NCBI GenBank assembly: GCA_947085185.1
Contig: CAMTVK010000003.1
Location: 64,001-128,000 of the forward strand
Origin: Candidatus Fraserbacteria bacterium
Lineage (GTDB): Bacteria; Bipolaricaulota; Bipolaricaulia; RBG-16-55-9; DRXL01
Direction of reading: 5' to 3'
Length of the DNA: 64,000 nt
A program made the translations under genes and the position numbers. The notes beneath the pieces were generated by a model that did not search any database, was not told where the DNA came from, and saw only the letters and a program-made list of their open reading frames with translations. This document shows, piece by piece, positions 18,984-29,179 of this stretch; within the stretch, counting starts at the first letter, position 1; each line of letters begins with the position of its first letter.

Positions 18984-19352
18984 ATGATTAGGGTCAAAAC
19001 CATTGGAGGAGGTGATGGCAATAACATCATCGATGTTGGTGGTGGCGATGATGACGTTATTGCAGGAGCGGGCGATGACGTCATCAGGCTCACGGTAATT
19101 GCGGCTGGTGAACAAGGAGATGATATACAGGCAGGTGACGGTGATGATCGCATCTTCATCTCAGGGGTGGCTGGGGCCGGGGCACCCCCTGCTACCACAT
19201 TGGTCTCTTGTGGTGCAGGTGCAGATACGGTAAGAGCCACGGGCATGAGTGCTAGCTTCAGAGGTACCTTTGCTGGTCCCGTTACGATACCTGATACTGC
19301 TGGTAACTCTTACGTGTTCGACGCGGATTGCGAGACGATCATCGTTCGGTAG
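18984..19352 (+). CDS. Small RTX-like Ca-binding repeat protein
   Basis: SD AAGGAGG; GGDGNN, GGGDDD, AGAGDD, AGDGDD repeats. Confidence 0.75.
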   Translation: MIRVKTIGGGDGNNIIDVGGGDDDVIAGAGDDVIRLTVIAAGEQGDDIQAGDGDDRIFISGVAGAGAPPATTLVSCGAGADTVRATGMSASFRGTFAGPVTIPDTAGNSYVFDADCETIIVR

Positions 19353-19388
19353 AGCAAGCTGACGGGAGCCACAGTGCTCCTGAAGCAG

Positions 19389-19450
19389 AAAAAGCGCAGG
19401 CTCCGGGGCGATAGAAGCATCCTCCCGCCCCGGAGCTTGTGTTTCGTTGT
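19389..19450. terminator. Probable bidirectional terminator
   Basis: 14-bp stem caggctccggggcg/cgccccggagcttg with an A-run before and T-rich sequence after, between convergent genes. Confidence 0.7.
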
Positions 19451-19482
19451 TGTGTGTTTACACTACTGGAAGGGGCAGCTCT

Positions 19483-19716
19483 TTAGCGTTCTTGGACCAA
19501 GCGCAGAAACTCTTCATCAGATATCTCAGCATCCCGTAGAATCTTCTTGAGCAACCAACGGTCGATATCTTCGCCGGCATGGACGGGCACAGACGTCACA
19601 CGCCCATCAGGGTGCTTCAACCGGACATGCCCTCCTCGCTGCCGCACTCTACGGAATCCCGCATGCTCTAATGCCTTGATAACCTTCTGGGCTTTCAAGA
19701 TGGGGAGCCGCGCCAT
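19483..19716 (-). CDS. hicA: HicA family mRNA interferase toxin
   Basis: KALEHAGFRRVRQRGGHVRLKHPDGRVTSVPVH. Confidence 0.9.
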   Translation of the reverse strand: MARLPILKAQKVIKALEHAGFRRVRQRGGHVRLKHPDGRVTSVPVHAGEDIDRWLLKKILRDAEISDEEFLRLVQER

Positions 19717-19718
19717 GA

Positions 19719-19952
19719 TCAAACTGAAATTTTTTGAATCCCCACGATGCGTGTCTTGACGCCCAAAGAAGCAAATTCCTGGCCCTCATCCTCTAGACAG
19801 AGTCGAGTGACTTCTTTCACGCGCGCCATCAGCTCATCAAGAGTCTTCGCTTGAGTATAGCACCCCCGCAACTGGGGAACCTCCGCCACGTAATAGCCAT
19901 CCTCGCCTTCTTCAATAATCACATAGAATTCTCGCACTCTTCTCTTGGCCAT
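19719..19952 (-). CDS. hicB: HicB family antitoxin
   Basis: EDGYYVAEVPQLRGCYTQAKTLDE; SD GGAGG. Confidence 0.88.
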   Translation of the reverse strand: MAKRRVREFYVIIEEGEDGYYVAEVPQLRGCYTQAKTLDELMARVKEVTRLCLEDEGQEFASLGVKTRIVGIQKISV

Positions 19953-19972
19953 AGACCTCCTTTCACTATAGT

Positions 19973-20791
19973 CTAGGAGAGCTCCCGGAGGGCTTGTTCT
20001 AACTGCTCCGGCGTGGGCGCGCCGTGATGCCAATGATAGTCCCCTTCCATGAATGAGACGCCCTTCCCAATTACTGTGCGAGCGACGATCATCGTCGGGC
20101 GGCCTGTGCCCTGATTCTTAAAAAATTGCTCAAAAGCCCCAATGATCTGGTCATAGTCGTGCCCATTAATCTCTATCGTATGCCAGCCGAACGCGCGCCA
20201 TTTCTCAGCGATGGGCTCGATCTTCATAATATCTTCGGTGCGCCCGTCAATCTGCGTAAAATTTCGGTCGAGCATCGCACAGAGATTGTCTAATCTATAG
20301 TGCGCAGCAGCCGTCGCGGCTTCCCATGTCTGGCCCTCTTGACACTCGCCATCGCTGATGAGACAGTAAATTTTATAATCTTTCTTGTCGAGCTTGGCCG
20401 CAAGCGCCATGCCCACCGACACAGATAACCCTAACCCCAACGAGCCCCCAGAATGCTCCACCCCAGGCGTCCCCCACGCAAGACTCGGATGCCCCTGCAA
20501 GATCGAGCCGAGCTTGCGCAGCTTCGTCAGCTCTTCCTTAGAAAAATACCCGTGGTCGGCCAAGATCGCATAGAGTATTGGGCAGATATGCCCATTGCTG
20601 AGCACGAAGCGATCGCGCTCTGGCCAACGTGGCTCTTCCGGACGATGACGCAGATATTTGTAATAGAGCACCGTCAAGAGATCAGCGGAGCTGAGCGCCC
20701 CTCCAGGATGTCCAGAACCAGCCTGTGCTACCATCTCCAAGACCGCACGACGCAGCTCCTTGGCCTTCTGCTGAAGCTGTGAGATCGTCAT
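19973..20791 (-). CDS. Transketolase N-terminal (TPP-binding) subunit
   Basis: SGHPGG, RDRFVLSNGH, GSLGLG, SDGECQEG. Confidence 0.93.
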   Translation of the reverse strand: MTISQLQQKAKELRRAVLEMVAQAGSGHPGGALSSADLLTVLYYKYLRHRPEEPRWPERDRFVLSNGHICPILYAILADHGYFSKEELTKLRKLGSILQGHPSLAWGTPGVEHSGGSLGLGLSVSVGMALAAKLDKKDYKIYCLISDGECQEGQTWEAATAAAHYRLDNLCAMLDRNFTQIDGRTEDIMKIEPIAEKWRAFGWHTIEINGHDYDQIIGAFEQFFKNQGTGRPTMIVARTVIGKGVSFMEGDYHWHHGAPTPEQLEQALRELS

Positions 20792-20800
20792 ACTGACATT

Positions 20801-23035
20801 CTATTTGAGCACGACAAACTTGCCAAGTCTTCTTTGGATCACTTGATTATCGGAGAAGATCTCAACGACATAGAGATAGACGCCGTTGGCCCGACGATGC
20901 GGACGCCATTGGAGCACTGCGCCCCCGTGAGCAATCTCTTCGAAGAGCTGAGCCCCCTTGAGATCGTAAACCCGCAGCCGAGCCATCTCCATAGGCCCTG
21001 TGAGCTGAATGCGAACACTATCTCTCTGATAGACCAGCAAGACGCTGATCGCTTCGCTTGCAGATTCTAGGGTGATCGTGTCGTCGCCATCTACTGTGAT
21101 GCCGTTCACCGTGCCAGACCAGCGATAGACCCCCGGCTGAGCCGTCTTGGGAATGCGCAGCTCATATGTCAGCGACACCGTCTTGCCGGGGTGCACAACG
21201 GGCCAGACACAAAGAAGCGCTCGCTCTTGCTGGGAGCATGGTCTTTCAGGGAATGGGTCTGGGGATAAGTTCCACGGCAGCTCTTCACGCAGCTCCACCC
21301 CGCCAAAGAGCCCCGGCGGCATCGTCGCTGTGACCGTGACCGTGACAAGATCGCCGGGTTGGGCACGCCTCGGCGAGATAGTACGCCGCGCTTGTATTGC
21401 GCCAAGCGCGAGATCTAATCTCCCTGCGCCGTAGATCGTATCTTTTCCGGGTTCGCCCATATCGAGAGCTTGCGCTTCGAGGGCACGCTGGAGATCATCG
21501 GCTGTCCAGGTGGGATGCTGAGAGAGCAAGAGCGCTGCGGCTCCCGCGACGTGCGGCGCCGACGCCGACGTCCCGGAGAAGAACGTCAGCGTGAAATTGG
21601 AGACGCCATCGGGTCCAGCAATGTCGGGCTTGATGCGTCCATCGCTTGTTGGCCCCTGCGAGCTGAACGGCTCTTGGGGGCCGGTCTTCCAACTGCGCAC
21701 GCTGATCGCGCCAACAGCGAACGCCCCACGCGCGTCCGCCGGAGTCAAGATACTCCCCTGGGGAACGTTAGGCTCAATAATTTGCTGGCTGATATTGAAG
21801 ATTTTCACTCGGATATTCGTGCGAGAGACGCGGCGCGCGAGCACCCGCGCCCGATACGTCCCCGGCGCCCACGCACCATACTCGATCTGCTCCGTGGGCT
21901 CTTCAAAGCCCGTCTGGTAGTTCTGCGAACTGGCCACCAAGCGCCCTTGCGCGTCATAGAGAAAGAGATCGAAGTCTTGGCGGGTGCGCGGCCAGTCGTC
22001 CCACGTGAGATAGAGCTGCACAGAGCCGGGAAAATCTACTTTGATGAGCAGGTCTTCTTGGCCGGGGGCAAACTCGAGCCAGCCGTCATAGTCTCTATCG
22101 CTAAAGAACCCCGTCCAATGGCTCTGGGCGTGATTGCCCGCGGCGTTCACCCAGAAGATCCCCTGGGCGCGCGCTCGGTCCGCGATCTCGGCGACGATCC
22201 CCGTGCCGTCGGTGAAATTCGCGTTGACCACACCCACCGAATAATTAATAATCTGCACCCCCTGGGCGATGGCATCATCAACAGCGTTGGCAAGATCGAT
22301 CTCATCGGAGATTTTTTTCAGATAGAGCCAGGCTTCTGGGGCCATGGCGTGCACGATCTCGGCGACGCCCGTGCCGTGAGCAGTTCCGACCTCGAGCCCC
22401 TCGCCCGTGTAGTCTTGGGTGTCGACGATCGCGTCGCGAGCGATGACGCGAGCTTCGCGGGCGCGGCTCAGCCCGGCAAAGCCCAAGTCTATAATAGCGA
22501 CCTTGACGTTTTGGCCGCGCCAGCCAGCACTCTGTAATAACAGTGCCCCGGTGGGCAAGAGTCCTTCCGTCGCGCGCGCTCCCAGCGCGGCAAACGGCCT
22601 TGGACGCCTAATGAACGAAATCCCGGGGACGTTCTGGGCCAACGCTCGGAGATTTTCTCTGGGCACGCGCACACGATAGAGACTGCGCGCGCGGGCTTCA
22701 ATGTGGGCGCCGAAGCTCTGCAAGAGCGCTGCGTCGAGCGGACGCTCGCTCTCGATGATGACCGTGAGAGCGTTTCCCGACTCTTCTTTTTTGGGAGATG
22801 AGCCCTGAGAGAGTGTGGGTATTGTCTGGAGGGCTTCAGCAAGCAGCGCCGTCTCGATCTTGGGGTGATGGTGCAGCGGGGGCTTGGGAGGGATGGGCCA
22901 GTCTTCAGAAAAGCTCAGATGCGCGAGCCCAACGAATAAAAATACGAGAAACGTACAAAGCAGGCGCACAGACTTCCCCGGAACGTTTATGTGCGACCGC
23001 GCTCTCACAAGATGCTGCACATCAACGTTCCGCAT
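20801..23035 (-). CDS. Secreted S8 subtilase with a C-terminal sorting-like domain
   Basis: VAIID, HGTGVA, AAGN, GTSASAPHVAG; C-terminal ANGVYLYVV...GKFVVLK; start uncertain. Confidence 0.9.
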   Translation of the reverse strand: MRNVDVQHLVRARSHINVPGKSVRLLCTFLVFLFVGLAHLSFSEDWPIPPKPPLHHHPKIETALLAEALQTIPTLSQGSSPKKEESGNALTVIIESERPLDAALLQSFGAHIEARARSLYRVRVPRENLRALAQNVPGISFIRRPRPFAALGARATEGLLPTGALLLQSAGWRGQNVKVAIIDLGFAGLSRAREARVIARDAIVDTQDYTGEGLEVGTAHGTGVAEIVHAMAPEAWLYLKKISDEIDLANAVDDAIAQGVQIINYSVGVVNANFTDGTGIVAEIADRARAQGIFWVNAAGNHAQSHWTGFFSDRDYDGWLEFAPGQEDLLIKVDFPGSVQLYLTWDDWPRTRQDFDLFLYDAQGRLVASSQNYQTGFEEPTEQIEYGAWAPGTYRARVLARRVSRTNIRVKIFNISQQIIEPNVPQGSILTPADARGAFAVGAISVRSWKTGPQEPFSSQGPTSDGRIKPDIAGPDGVSNFTLTFFSGTSASAPHVAGAAALLLSQHPTWTADDLQRALEAQALDMGEPGKDTIYGAGRLDLALGAIQARRTISPRRAQPGDLVTVTVTATMPPGLFGGVELREELPWNLSPDPFPERPCSQQERALLCVWPVVHPGKTVSLTYELRIPKTAQPGVYRWSGTVNGITVDGDDTITLESASEAISVLLVYQRDSVRIQLTGPMEMARLRVYDLKGAQLFEEIAHGGAVLQWRPHRRANGVYLYVVEIFSDNQVIQRRLGKFVVLK

Positions 23036-23081
23036 GGCGCTCCTACGATAGCGAAAATTTTTGTCCAGCGCAAACAGTCCC

Positions 23082-24713
23082 CTAAGGGGCTTGGGAGATC
23101 TTATTGAGCAAAATAGCGACACGGCCGCTGACAAATTGCGCCACGGCGATATCTATAAACTCGCGGCCTAGGAAGCGCCCTGGAGCGATGGCTATAGGCC
23201 CGGCTCCCACAGGCCAAATCTTGCTCATCCCAAACGTACCATCGCCTCGCCCAAGAAAGATCTGGAGCTCGTTGCTCTGGAAGTGAGCGACCATGAGATC
23301 GAGTGCGCCGTCGCGGTCAAGATCAGCGAGGTGCACCGCGCGGCTCCCCCGGCCGGCAAGAAGCACGGGGCCTTCGCGGAAGCGCCCCGTCCCACGCCCC
23401 AAAAAGATCTTCACTGTGTTCTCCCCTGACGCTGCCAGCGCAAGATCGACAAAGCCGTCACCATTGAGATCCCCCACGGCCAGCCCCGTCGGCTCTTTGC
23501 CCGCGGCAAAGGGCGTGAGCGCGTCGAACGTGCCGTCACCGTTGCCCAACAGCACCGCGACCGCGTCGTTGAAGAAGTCCGAGACGGCAATATCTATCTG
23601 CCCGTCATCGTTGAAGTCCCCAAGGGCTAACGCGCTCAGCCAGCCGCCCACCGTGATCTCTTGTGCGTGCGAGAAATCCCCAGCGCCGTCGCCTAGGAGC
23701 ACGGTCACCCGGCCCAGCGGAGCATTCGCAATCGCTATATCGAAAATGTGATCGCGATTAAAATCATCGCTGACCAGCGTATACGGCCCCCGACCTACTG
23801 CAATCTCCCGCTCGGGGGTGAACTGCCCTGCCCCGTCACCGTAAAAGACGAGAATGCGTCCCTCGTCGAAGTTGGTCACGATCAGATCAAGATTTTCATC
23901 ACCGTTAAAATCTTGAGCGATCAACGACGTAGGGCGCTGTGGCAGCGTGAGCATCGTCTTTACAGAGAAGCCTCCGGTGCCGTCGCTGCGCAGCACGGTG
24001 ACGGTCCTGCTCTCAAAGTTGGCCACCGCAAGATCATCGAAGCCGTCGTGATCGAAATCTCCCACAGCCAAGGCCGTCGGCGCCAAACCCACTCCCACCG
24101 AGATGGGAAACGAAAAGTCGAGCACCCGGATCGTCATCTGGGCGCGATCGCTTGAGCCGTCTTCGTCGAAGACTCGAAGAGTCACGCTATAGACCCCGGC
24201 GCGGGTGTACACGTGTGAGACTTGCTGCCCCAAGGCGCTCGTACCATCGCCGAAGTCCCACTCATAGCGCACGATGCGCTGCGGCACCAAGAGCGCCGCC
24301 GGATCGCTCGACGCTGCAGCGTCAAACTGCACGGTGAGCGGGGCAAAGCCGTTGGTCGCCGTTGCCGTAAAGAGCGCTCTGGGAGGTGGGTTGCCGACTT
24401 TTATAATGACCGTAGCGACGGCTGTAGATCCACGGTCATCTCGCACTGTAAGAATGACGGGGTAGAGTCCCGGTTGGGTGTAGGTGTGCGAGACTTTTGC
24501 GCCGGAATCTCTCGAACCGTCGCCGAAGTCCCAAAGATACTCTATAATTTTGCCGTCGGGGTCGCGCGAGCTGGAGCCGTCGAACTGCACCGTGAGCGGC
24601 ACACCCCCGCTGAGAGGGACTGCCGTAATAGACGCGATCGGCGGCTGATTGGGCACAGGGACACATCCGACCGCCCCCACAAGGAGCACCCCACAGAGCA
24701 AGAGAATTCTCAT
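23082..24713 (-). CDS. Lipoprotein with two PKD domains and FG-GAP repeats
   Basis: Lipobox AVGC; two WDFGDG; DFNGDG...D..VAN...GDG.G.F repeats. Confidence 0.85.
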   Translation of the reverse strand: MRILLLCGVLLVGAVGCVPVPNQPPIASITAVPLSGGVPLTVQFDGSSSRDPDGKIIEYLWDFGDGSRDSGAKVSHTYTQPGLYPVILTVRDDRGSTAVATVIIKVGNPPPRALFTATATNGFAPLTVQFDAAASSDPAALLVPQRIVRYEWDFGDGTSALGQQVSHVYTRAGVYSVTLRVFDEDGSSDRAQMTIRVLDFSFPISVGVGLAPTALAVGDFDHDGFDDLAVANFESRTVTVLRSDGTGGFSVKTMLTLPQRPTSLIAQDFNGDENLDLIVTNFDEGRILVFYGDGAGQFTPEREIAVGRGPYTLVSDDFNRDHIFDIAIANAPLGRVTVLLGDGAGDFSHAQEITVGGWLSALALGDFNDDGQIDIAVSDFFNDAVAVLLGNGDGTFDALTPFAAGKEPTGLAVGDLNGDGFVDLALAASGENTVKIFLGRGTGRFREGPVLLAGRGSRAVHLADLDRDGALDLMVAHFQSNELQIFLGRGDGTFGMSKIWPVGAGPIAIAPGRFLGREFIDIAVAQFVSGRVAILLNKISQAP

Positions 24714-24840
24714 AAGACCCCCTGCTATGATAATAATGACCGGGGGCCTTGAAAGCAAATTGTCAGTATGGCGCCGGAAGGACAAAGGGGCTCAGGGTGT
24801 CGCAGGCCGCAGCGGCGTGTCCATAGAGGCTTGTCAAATC

Positions 24841-25914
24841 CTAGGGGAATTTGAAGCTATAGCGGGCTTTTAGAGCTCCACCTCGGAAGCCCTCACTGCC
24901 AAAGGCGCTTTCAGCACTGAACGTCCAGCGCCCTAAAGATCGGCTGACACTCAGAGAGAGATTGTCCAGCCCAAAGATACTTATATCGAGACTCGCACTT
25001 ATATTGAAGCCAAGGAGTTCGCCGCTTGTCGACAGAGTAGCAAACTGGACCCCATCCATGCTGCCCATGAGAAACGCATCGATGGCAAAGCTCTCGATGA
25101 AGCCGTTGGCCATGAGCTGAAAGCCGCTCAGCTCCAGCCCGGAGAAATCTAGCGAAGCTTGCACAAATACCCTGTCGAGCGTCAGATCGAGCGAGAGGCC
25201 CTCACTGGTGATCCCCTGGCTCTCGACCGTCATGCTGAGCGAGAGCGACGCTAGCCCGTCCCACATAGTAACGGCAAGTTCAAACGTCTCCGACTCAAAT
25301 CCCTTGGGTGTGAGTCGCGAATTCATCGTGAGCGTCCACGCATCGCTCAGATACCCGATAGCCGACAGAGTCTGCTCTTTAAAGCCGTGCAGGGTGAAAT
25401 TCGTCGTCCCGGAGAGATCTCCGTACTCTTGGGAGAGCGAGAAATTCAAAGCCCCTCTAGGGGCAGCGACGCCCTCAGGGGTGAGCTGGGCGCTCCCGGT
25501 GACGTTCAGGGCGCTGGAGCCGAGCTTCGCCGCGATCTTCCCCGTCTTGAATCCCCGACGTCCAAAGCTGAGCGTGTTTTCAAGAGAGAATATTCCGAAG
25601 AGCTCAGTCTTGAATTGTGTCTCGGCCATCGAGAGCCCTTCGGGGGTGAGCTGGGCGCTCCCGCTTGCTTGAAGGGTCGAGACCTGATAGCTGAGATTGA
25701 CCTTGGCGCTCTCGAAGCCCCGCGCCGTTACGGTCAGATTCGTCCCCGCGGTCCAGGGGGCGCGCTGCCACTGCCAGCTGCCCTCAAGGCTCACAGCCCC
25801 TACACCGTCGAGATCGAACGGCAGCGTGCCCGTCACCGTGAGCGTCGTCTGGGCTAGAGATAAAAAACTCAAGATCTCTACAAGCAAGACCGCGATCAGA
25901 TACGCTCGACGCAT
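24841..25914 (-). CDS. Secreted beta-strand-rich probable outer-membrane protein
   Basis: Signal peptide, alternating beta pattern, GSAQLTPEG twice, ends YSFKFP. Confidence 0.6.
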   Translation of the reverse strand: MRRAYLIAVLLVEILSFLSLAQTTLTVTGTLPFDLDGVGAVSLEGSWQWQRAPWTAGTNLTVTARGFESAKVNLSYQVSTLQASGSAQLTPEGLSMAETQFKTELFGIFSLENTLSFGRRGFKTGKIAAKLGSSALNVTGSAQLTPEGVAAPRGALNFSLSQEYGDLSGTTNFTLHGFKEQTLSAIGYLSDAWTLTMNSRLTPKGFESETFELAVTMWDGLASLSLSMTVESQGITSEGLSLDLTLDRVFVQASLDFSGLELSGFQLMANGFIESFAIDAFLMGSMDGVQFATLSTSGELLGFNISASLDISIFGLDNLSLSVSRSLGRWTFSAESAFGSEGFRGGALKARYSFKFP

Positions 25915-25928
25915 GGCGCTCTATTATA

Positions 25929-26834
25929 TTACGGAGTCGCCGCTGCGACGACCGTCACAGTGCGGGAGAGCGAGTTCTTCGCGCCGCGGTCGTCGGTGAG
26001 GGTGAGTTTTACGGTGAACGTGCCCGCAGTTTTATAGACGTGCGCTATGATCTTGCCCTCGCCGGTCTCGCCATCGCCGAACTCCCACTGATACCGCACG
26101 ATCTTGCCGTCGTCGGTCGAGCCGGAAGCGTCAAACTCTACGGGCTTATTGACTTTGGGCTCCGTCGGGGTGAAGCTAAAAGTCACTAACGGCGGCTGGT
26201 TAGGCGGCAACGCTTGCTCCTTGACAACGAGATTCTGAAACGCCGAAGACGTCGCGCCCTTGTCGTCAGTGACCGTCAGTGTGACTTTATATGTGCCCGC
26301 AGCTTTGTAGGTGTGCTCGACGGTCTTGCCCTGGCCCGTCGTCTGATCGCCAAAATCCCAACTATACGAGACGATCGTGCCGTCGGGATCGGCGGCAGCA
26401 GAAGCGTCGAACGTGATCTCTTGGTTGGCCGTGGGCTCCAAGGGCTCAACGGTGAAGATCGCCACTGGGGGCTGATTGGGCGGGACGACGCGCACGGTCT
26501 TTGCTAACGTCGTGTTGGCCCCACGGTCGTCGGTCACTTGGAGAACGACGTCGTATTCGCCGTCTCTCTTGAAGACGTGCGTGGTCGTTGCCCCCTGAGC
26601 GGTCTCGCCGTCGGCGAAGTCCCAGAAATAACTGATAATCTTTCCGTCGGGATCGGAAGACTGAGAGCCGTCGAACGTGACGGTCTCGCCGACTTTGGGC
26701 TCTTTGGGGCTGAAGGTGAATCGCGCAAATGGGGCTTTGTTGGGGGATTGACAGCTTTGCAGGACGCCGCCAAAGCCGAACACTGCCCCAAGCAGCGCCA
26801 CAAGTCCTAGCGAGAAGAGCCGTCTTTGCACCAT
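25929..26834 (-). CDS. Exported (likely lipo-) protein with three PKD domains
   Basis: Three FD(G/A)S...D(P)DG.I..Y.W.F.D repeats. Confidence 0.88.
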   Translation of the reverse strand: MVQRRLFSLGLVALLGAVFGFGGVLQSCQSPNKAPFARFTFSPKEPKVGETVTFDGSQSSDPDGKIISYFWDFADGETAQGATTTHVFKRDGEYDVVLQVTDDRGANTTLAKTVRVVPPNQPPVAIFTVEPLEPTANQEITFDASAAADPDGTIVSYSWDFGDQTTGQGKTVEHTYKAAGTYKVTLTVTDDKGATSSAFQNLVVKEQALPPNQPPLVTFSFTPTEPKVNKPVEFDASGSTDDGKIVRYQWEFGDGETGEGKIIAHVYKTAGTFTVKLTLTDDRGAKNSLSRTVTVVAAATP

Positions 26835-26850
26835 ACGCGCTCACTCCTTC

Positions 26851-27243
26851 TCAGACTAAGTTCTCATACTCTTGGCCGAACGGGCCGAAATAGAAGATCT
26901 TGGGCTTATAGGGCAGATCGCGCAGCTCTTGGGGGAGCTCTTCGCTTTCTGGGAGACTGACGGGCAGATCGAGCTCAGGAAAGCGATTGAGAATCTCTTG
27001 CCCGCTGAGCCCCGTGACGATGCCGACGAAGATCGCTCCTTCGTAGGGGAAGATATTCCACCGATGGGCGAAGCGCTGGGCTTCCGGGAGATTCTGCTCG
27101 ATCTCGAACTGCTCACGCAGCACCAGCCAGCGCAGAAAATCTTTCAAGGTGCTGATCTGCCCAAAGCTCCCTTGGAGGGCGGAGACGAGAGTTGGCGCCC
27201 TCTTCTCTCTCTTTCTCTTCTTGGTCTTGCTTTGCTTGGTCAT
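26851..27243 (-). CDS. Hypothetical protein
   Basis: 130-aa ORF co-oriented upstream of the PKD gene. Confidence 0.55.
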   Translation of the reverse strand: MTKQSKTKKRKREKRAPTLVSALQGSFGQISTLKDFLRWLVLREQFEIEQNLPEAQRFAHRWNIFPYEGAIFVGIVTGLSGQEILNRFPELDLPVSLPESEELPQELRDLPYKPKIFYFGPFGQEYENLV

Positions 27244-27409
27244 ATTCTTATCTTAATGTGACTGAGATCACCCTGTCAGCGGCCTGTCACCCATCGTCTT
27301 AGTATAATGGGAACCTGCGCAAGGGACATGGAGGACTATAAGACAAGACGGATGTCAAGATTACTCCGTATGAACCCGCGCACAAAGTTCGCACGCGCTT
27401 GCCCTCAAA

Positions 27410-29131
27410 TCACCGCCGTCCAAATTTTTTCTCAAGCTCTTCGAGCGAGTACGCTAAGACTATCGGCCGTCCGTGAGGACAGCTATAGGGGTTCTGCGTC
27501 TGCTTGAGCTGTCGGATGAGCTCGGTCGCCTCTTCGGGGCGCAGGGGTCTGTTCTTGACGACCGCGGCTTCGCACGCGACGCGCGCCGCGAGCGTCTTCG
27601 CCAGCTCTTCGAGAGTTGGCTCAGCTTCGTGCTCCAGCACACCGAGTATCCGTTCGATCGCTTCTTGGAATTCCGTCTTACCCCAATCGCTCGTCAGCAC
27701 CTGGGGCCAATCGCGCAGAACGAACGTCCCGCCCCCAAAGTGCTCGATCCCGATCCCAAGGCGCTCATCTAACTCTTGAAGATGCGCGGCGAGGAGCTCG
27801 GTTTTGTCCGGGGGCATCTCAATGGTCACGGGGATCAAGAGCCGCTGACGAACGATCTTGCGCTCTCGAAGCTGCGCGAGAAATCTTTCGTACAGAATGC
27901 GCTCATGGGCCACGTGCTGGTCCACGATCTCCAGGCCGGATTCTGTCTGCACCAAGATATACGTTCCATGGAGTTGGCCCAGCACTCGGAAGGCCGGTAC
28001 AGCTTCCGCAGGGGAAGGGGACAGAGCATGCTTCTCGCGCAGCGCTTCGATCTCTTTCTGCAGATCAAGCTGGGGGGCTGTGGGCTTTGGTTGACCGGCT
28101 CTTGCTCTCGAAGAGCTGGGGGGACTTTCAAAGCGCGGCACGGCATGAACTGACGTCAACGCCTTGGTGATCGCCTGCTTGACGAGCGCCTGGACCTTGA
28201 TCGGCTCGGCAAAGCGCACCTCAGTTTTCTGAGGGTGCACGTTCACATCCACAGCGCGTGGGTCAATCTCGAGAAACAGAAATATATACGGATGCTGATC
28301 GCCCTTGAGTAGGCTCCCATACGCCTGGGAGATCGCATAGGCAATCTGAGTATCTTTCACACAGCGTCCATTGACAAAGAGAAACTGTTCAGAACGATCT
28401 GGGCGGGTTAGCTGGGACGGGCTGACCAGCCCGTGCACGCTCAGCCCAGGGATCGTCATGCGAACATCGAGCAAAGCTTGTGCCAAGTCAACCGAGTACA
28501 GCCGAGCGATAGTCTGGCGCAGCTCGGCGCTTGGGGGCAAATCGAGCACGATCTTGCCGTCGTGCTCCAAACGAATGTGCACGTTCGGATACGCGAGCGC
28601 GAAGCGCTTCACCGTGCGCACAATGTGAAAGAACTCGGTCTTTTGGGATTTTAAGAATTTTCTTCGCGCGGGGACGTTGAAGAAGAGCTCGCGGACGTCC
28701 ACGGTCGTCCCGCGTGCGCGCCCGGCGGCTCTCACTGAGAGCACCTGCCCGCCCTCGATCTCCACGCGCACCCCTTCGGGAGCATCGTCACTCTTGCTCG
28801 TGATGATCGTCTGAGAGACTTCGACGATGCTCGCGAGCGCCTCCCCGCGAAAGCCCAGCGTGCGAATCTGAAAGAGATCTTCTTCGCGAGAGATCTTACT
28901 TGTAGTGTGGCGCTGGATCGCTAACACCAGATCTTCTTGGGACATGCCCTCGCCGTCGTCGGCGACACAGAGTCTGCGTTCGCCCCCACCCTCGACGAAA
29001 AGCTCGATCTTGGTCGCTCCAGCGTCAAGGGCGTTCTCGATTAATTCTTTAGCGACTGAGGCCGGGCGCTCGATGACCTCTCCGGCCGCGATCTTGTTCA
29101 CAAGATGAGCATCTAAGATCTTGACTTTCAT
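27410..29131 (-). CDS. mutL: DNA mismatch repair endonuclease MutL
   Basis: KIAAGEVIERP, GFRGEAL, DQHVAHERILYE, CPHGRP. Confidence 0.97.
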   Translation of the reverse strand: MKVKILDAHLVNKIAAGEVIERPASVAKELIENALDAGATKIELFVEGGGERRLCVADDGEGMSQEDLVLAIQRHTTSKISREEDLFQIRTLGFRGEALASIVEVSQTIITSKSDDAPEGVRVEIEGGQVLSVRAAGRARGTTVDVRELFFNVPARRKFLKSQKTEFFHIVRTVKRFALAYPNVHIRLEHDGKIVLDLPPSAELRQTIARLYSVDLAQALLDVRMTIPGLSVHGLVSPSQLTRPDRSEQFLFVNGRCVKDTQIAYAISQAYGSLLKGDQHPYIFLFLEIDPRAVDVNVHPQKTEVRFAEPIKVQALVKQAITKALTSVHAVPRFESPPSSSRARAGQPKPTAPQLDLQKEIEALREKHALSPSPAEAVPAFRVLGQLHGTYILVQTESGLEIVDQHVAHERILYERFLAQLRERKIVRQRLLIPVTIEMPPDKTELLAAHLQELDERLGIGIEHFGGGTFVLRDWPQVLTSDWGKTEFQEAIERILGVLEHEAEPTLEELAKTLAARVACEAAVVKNRPLRPEEATELIRQLKQTQNPYSCPHGRPIVLAYSLEELEKKFGRR

Positions 29132-29179
29132 GGGCGTTCTCTGCCACAATAGCACAAGAGCAAGGAGCTGACAAATCGC

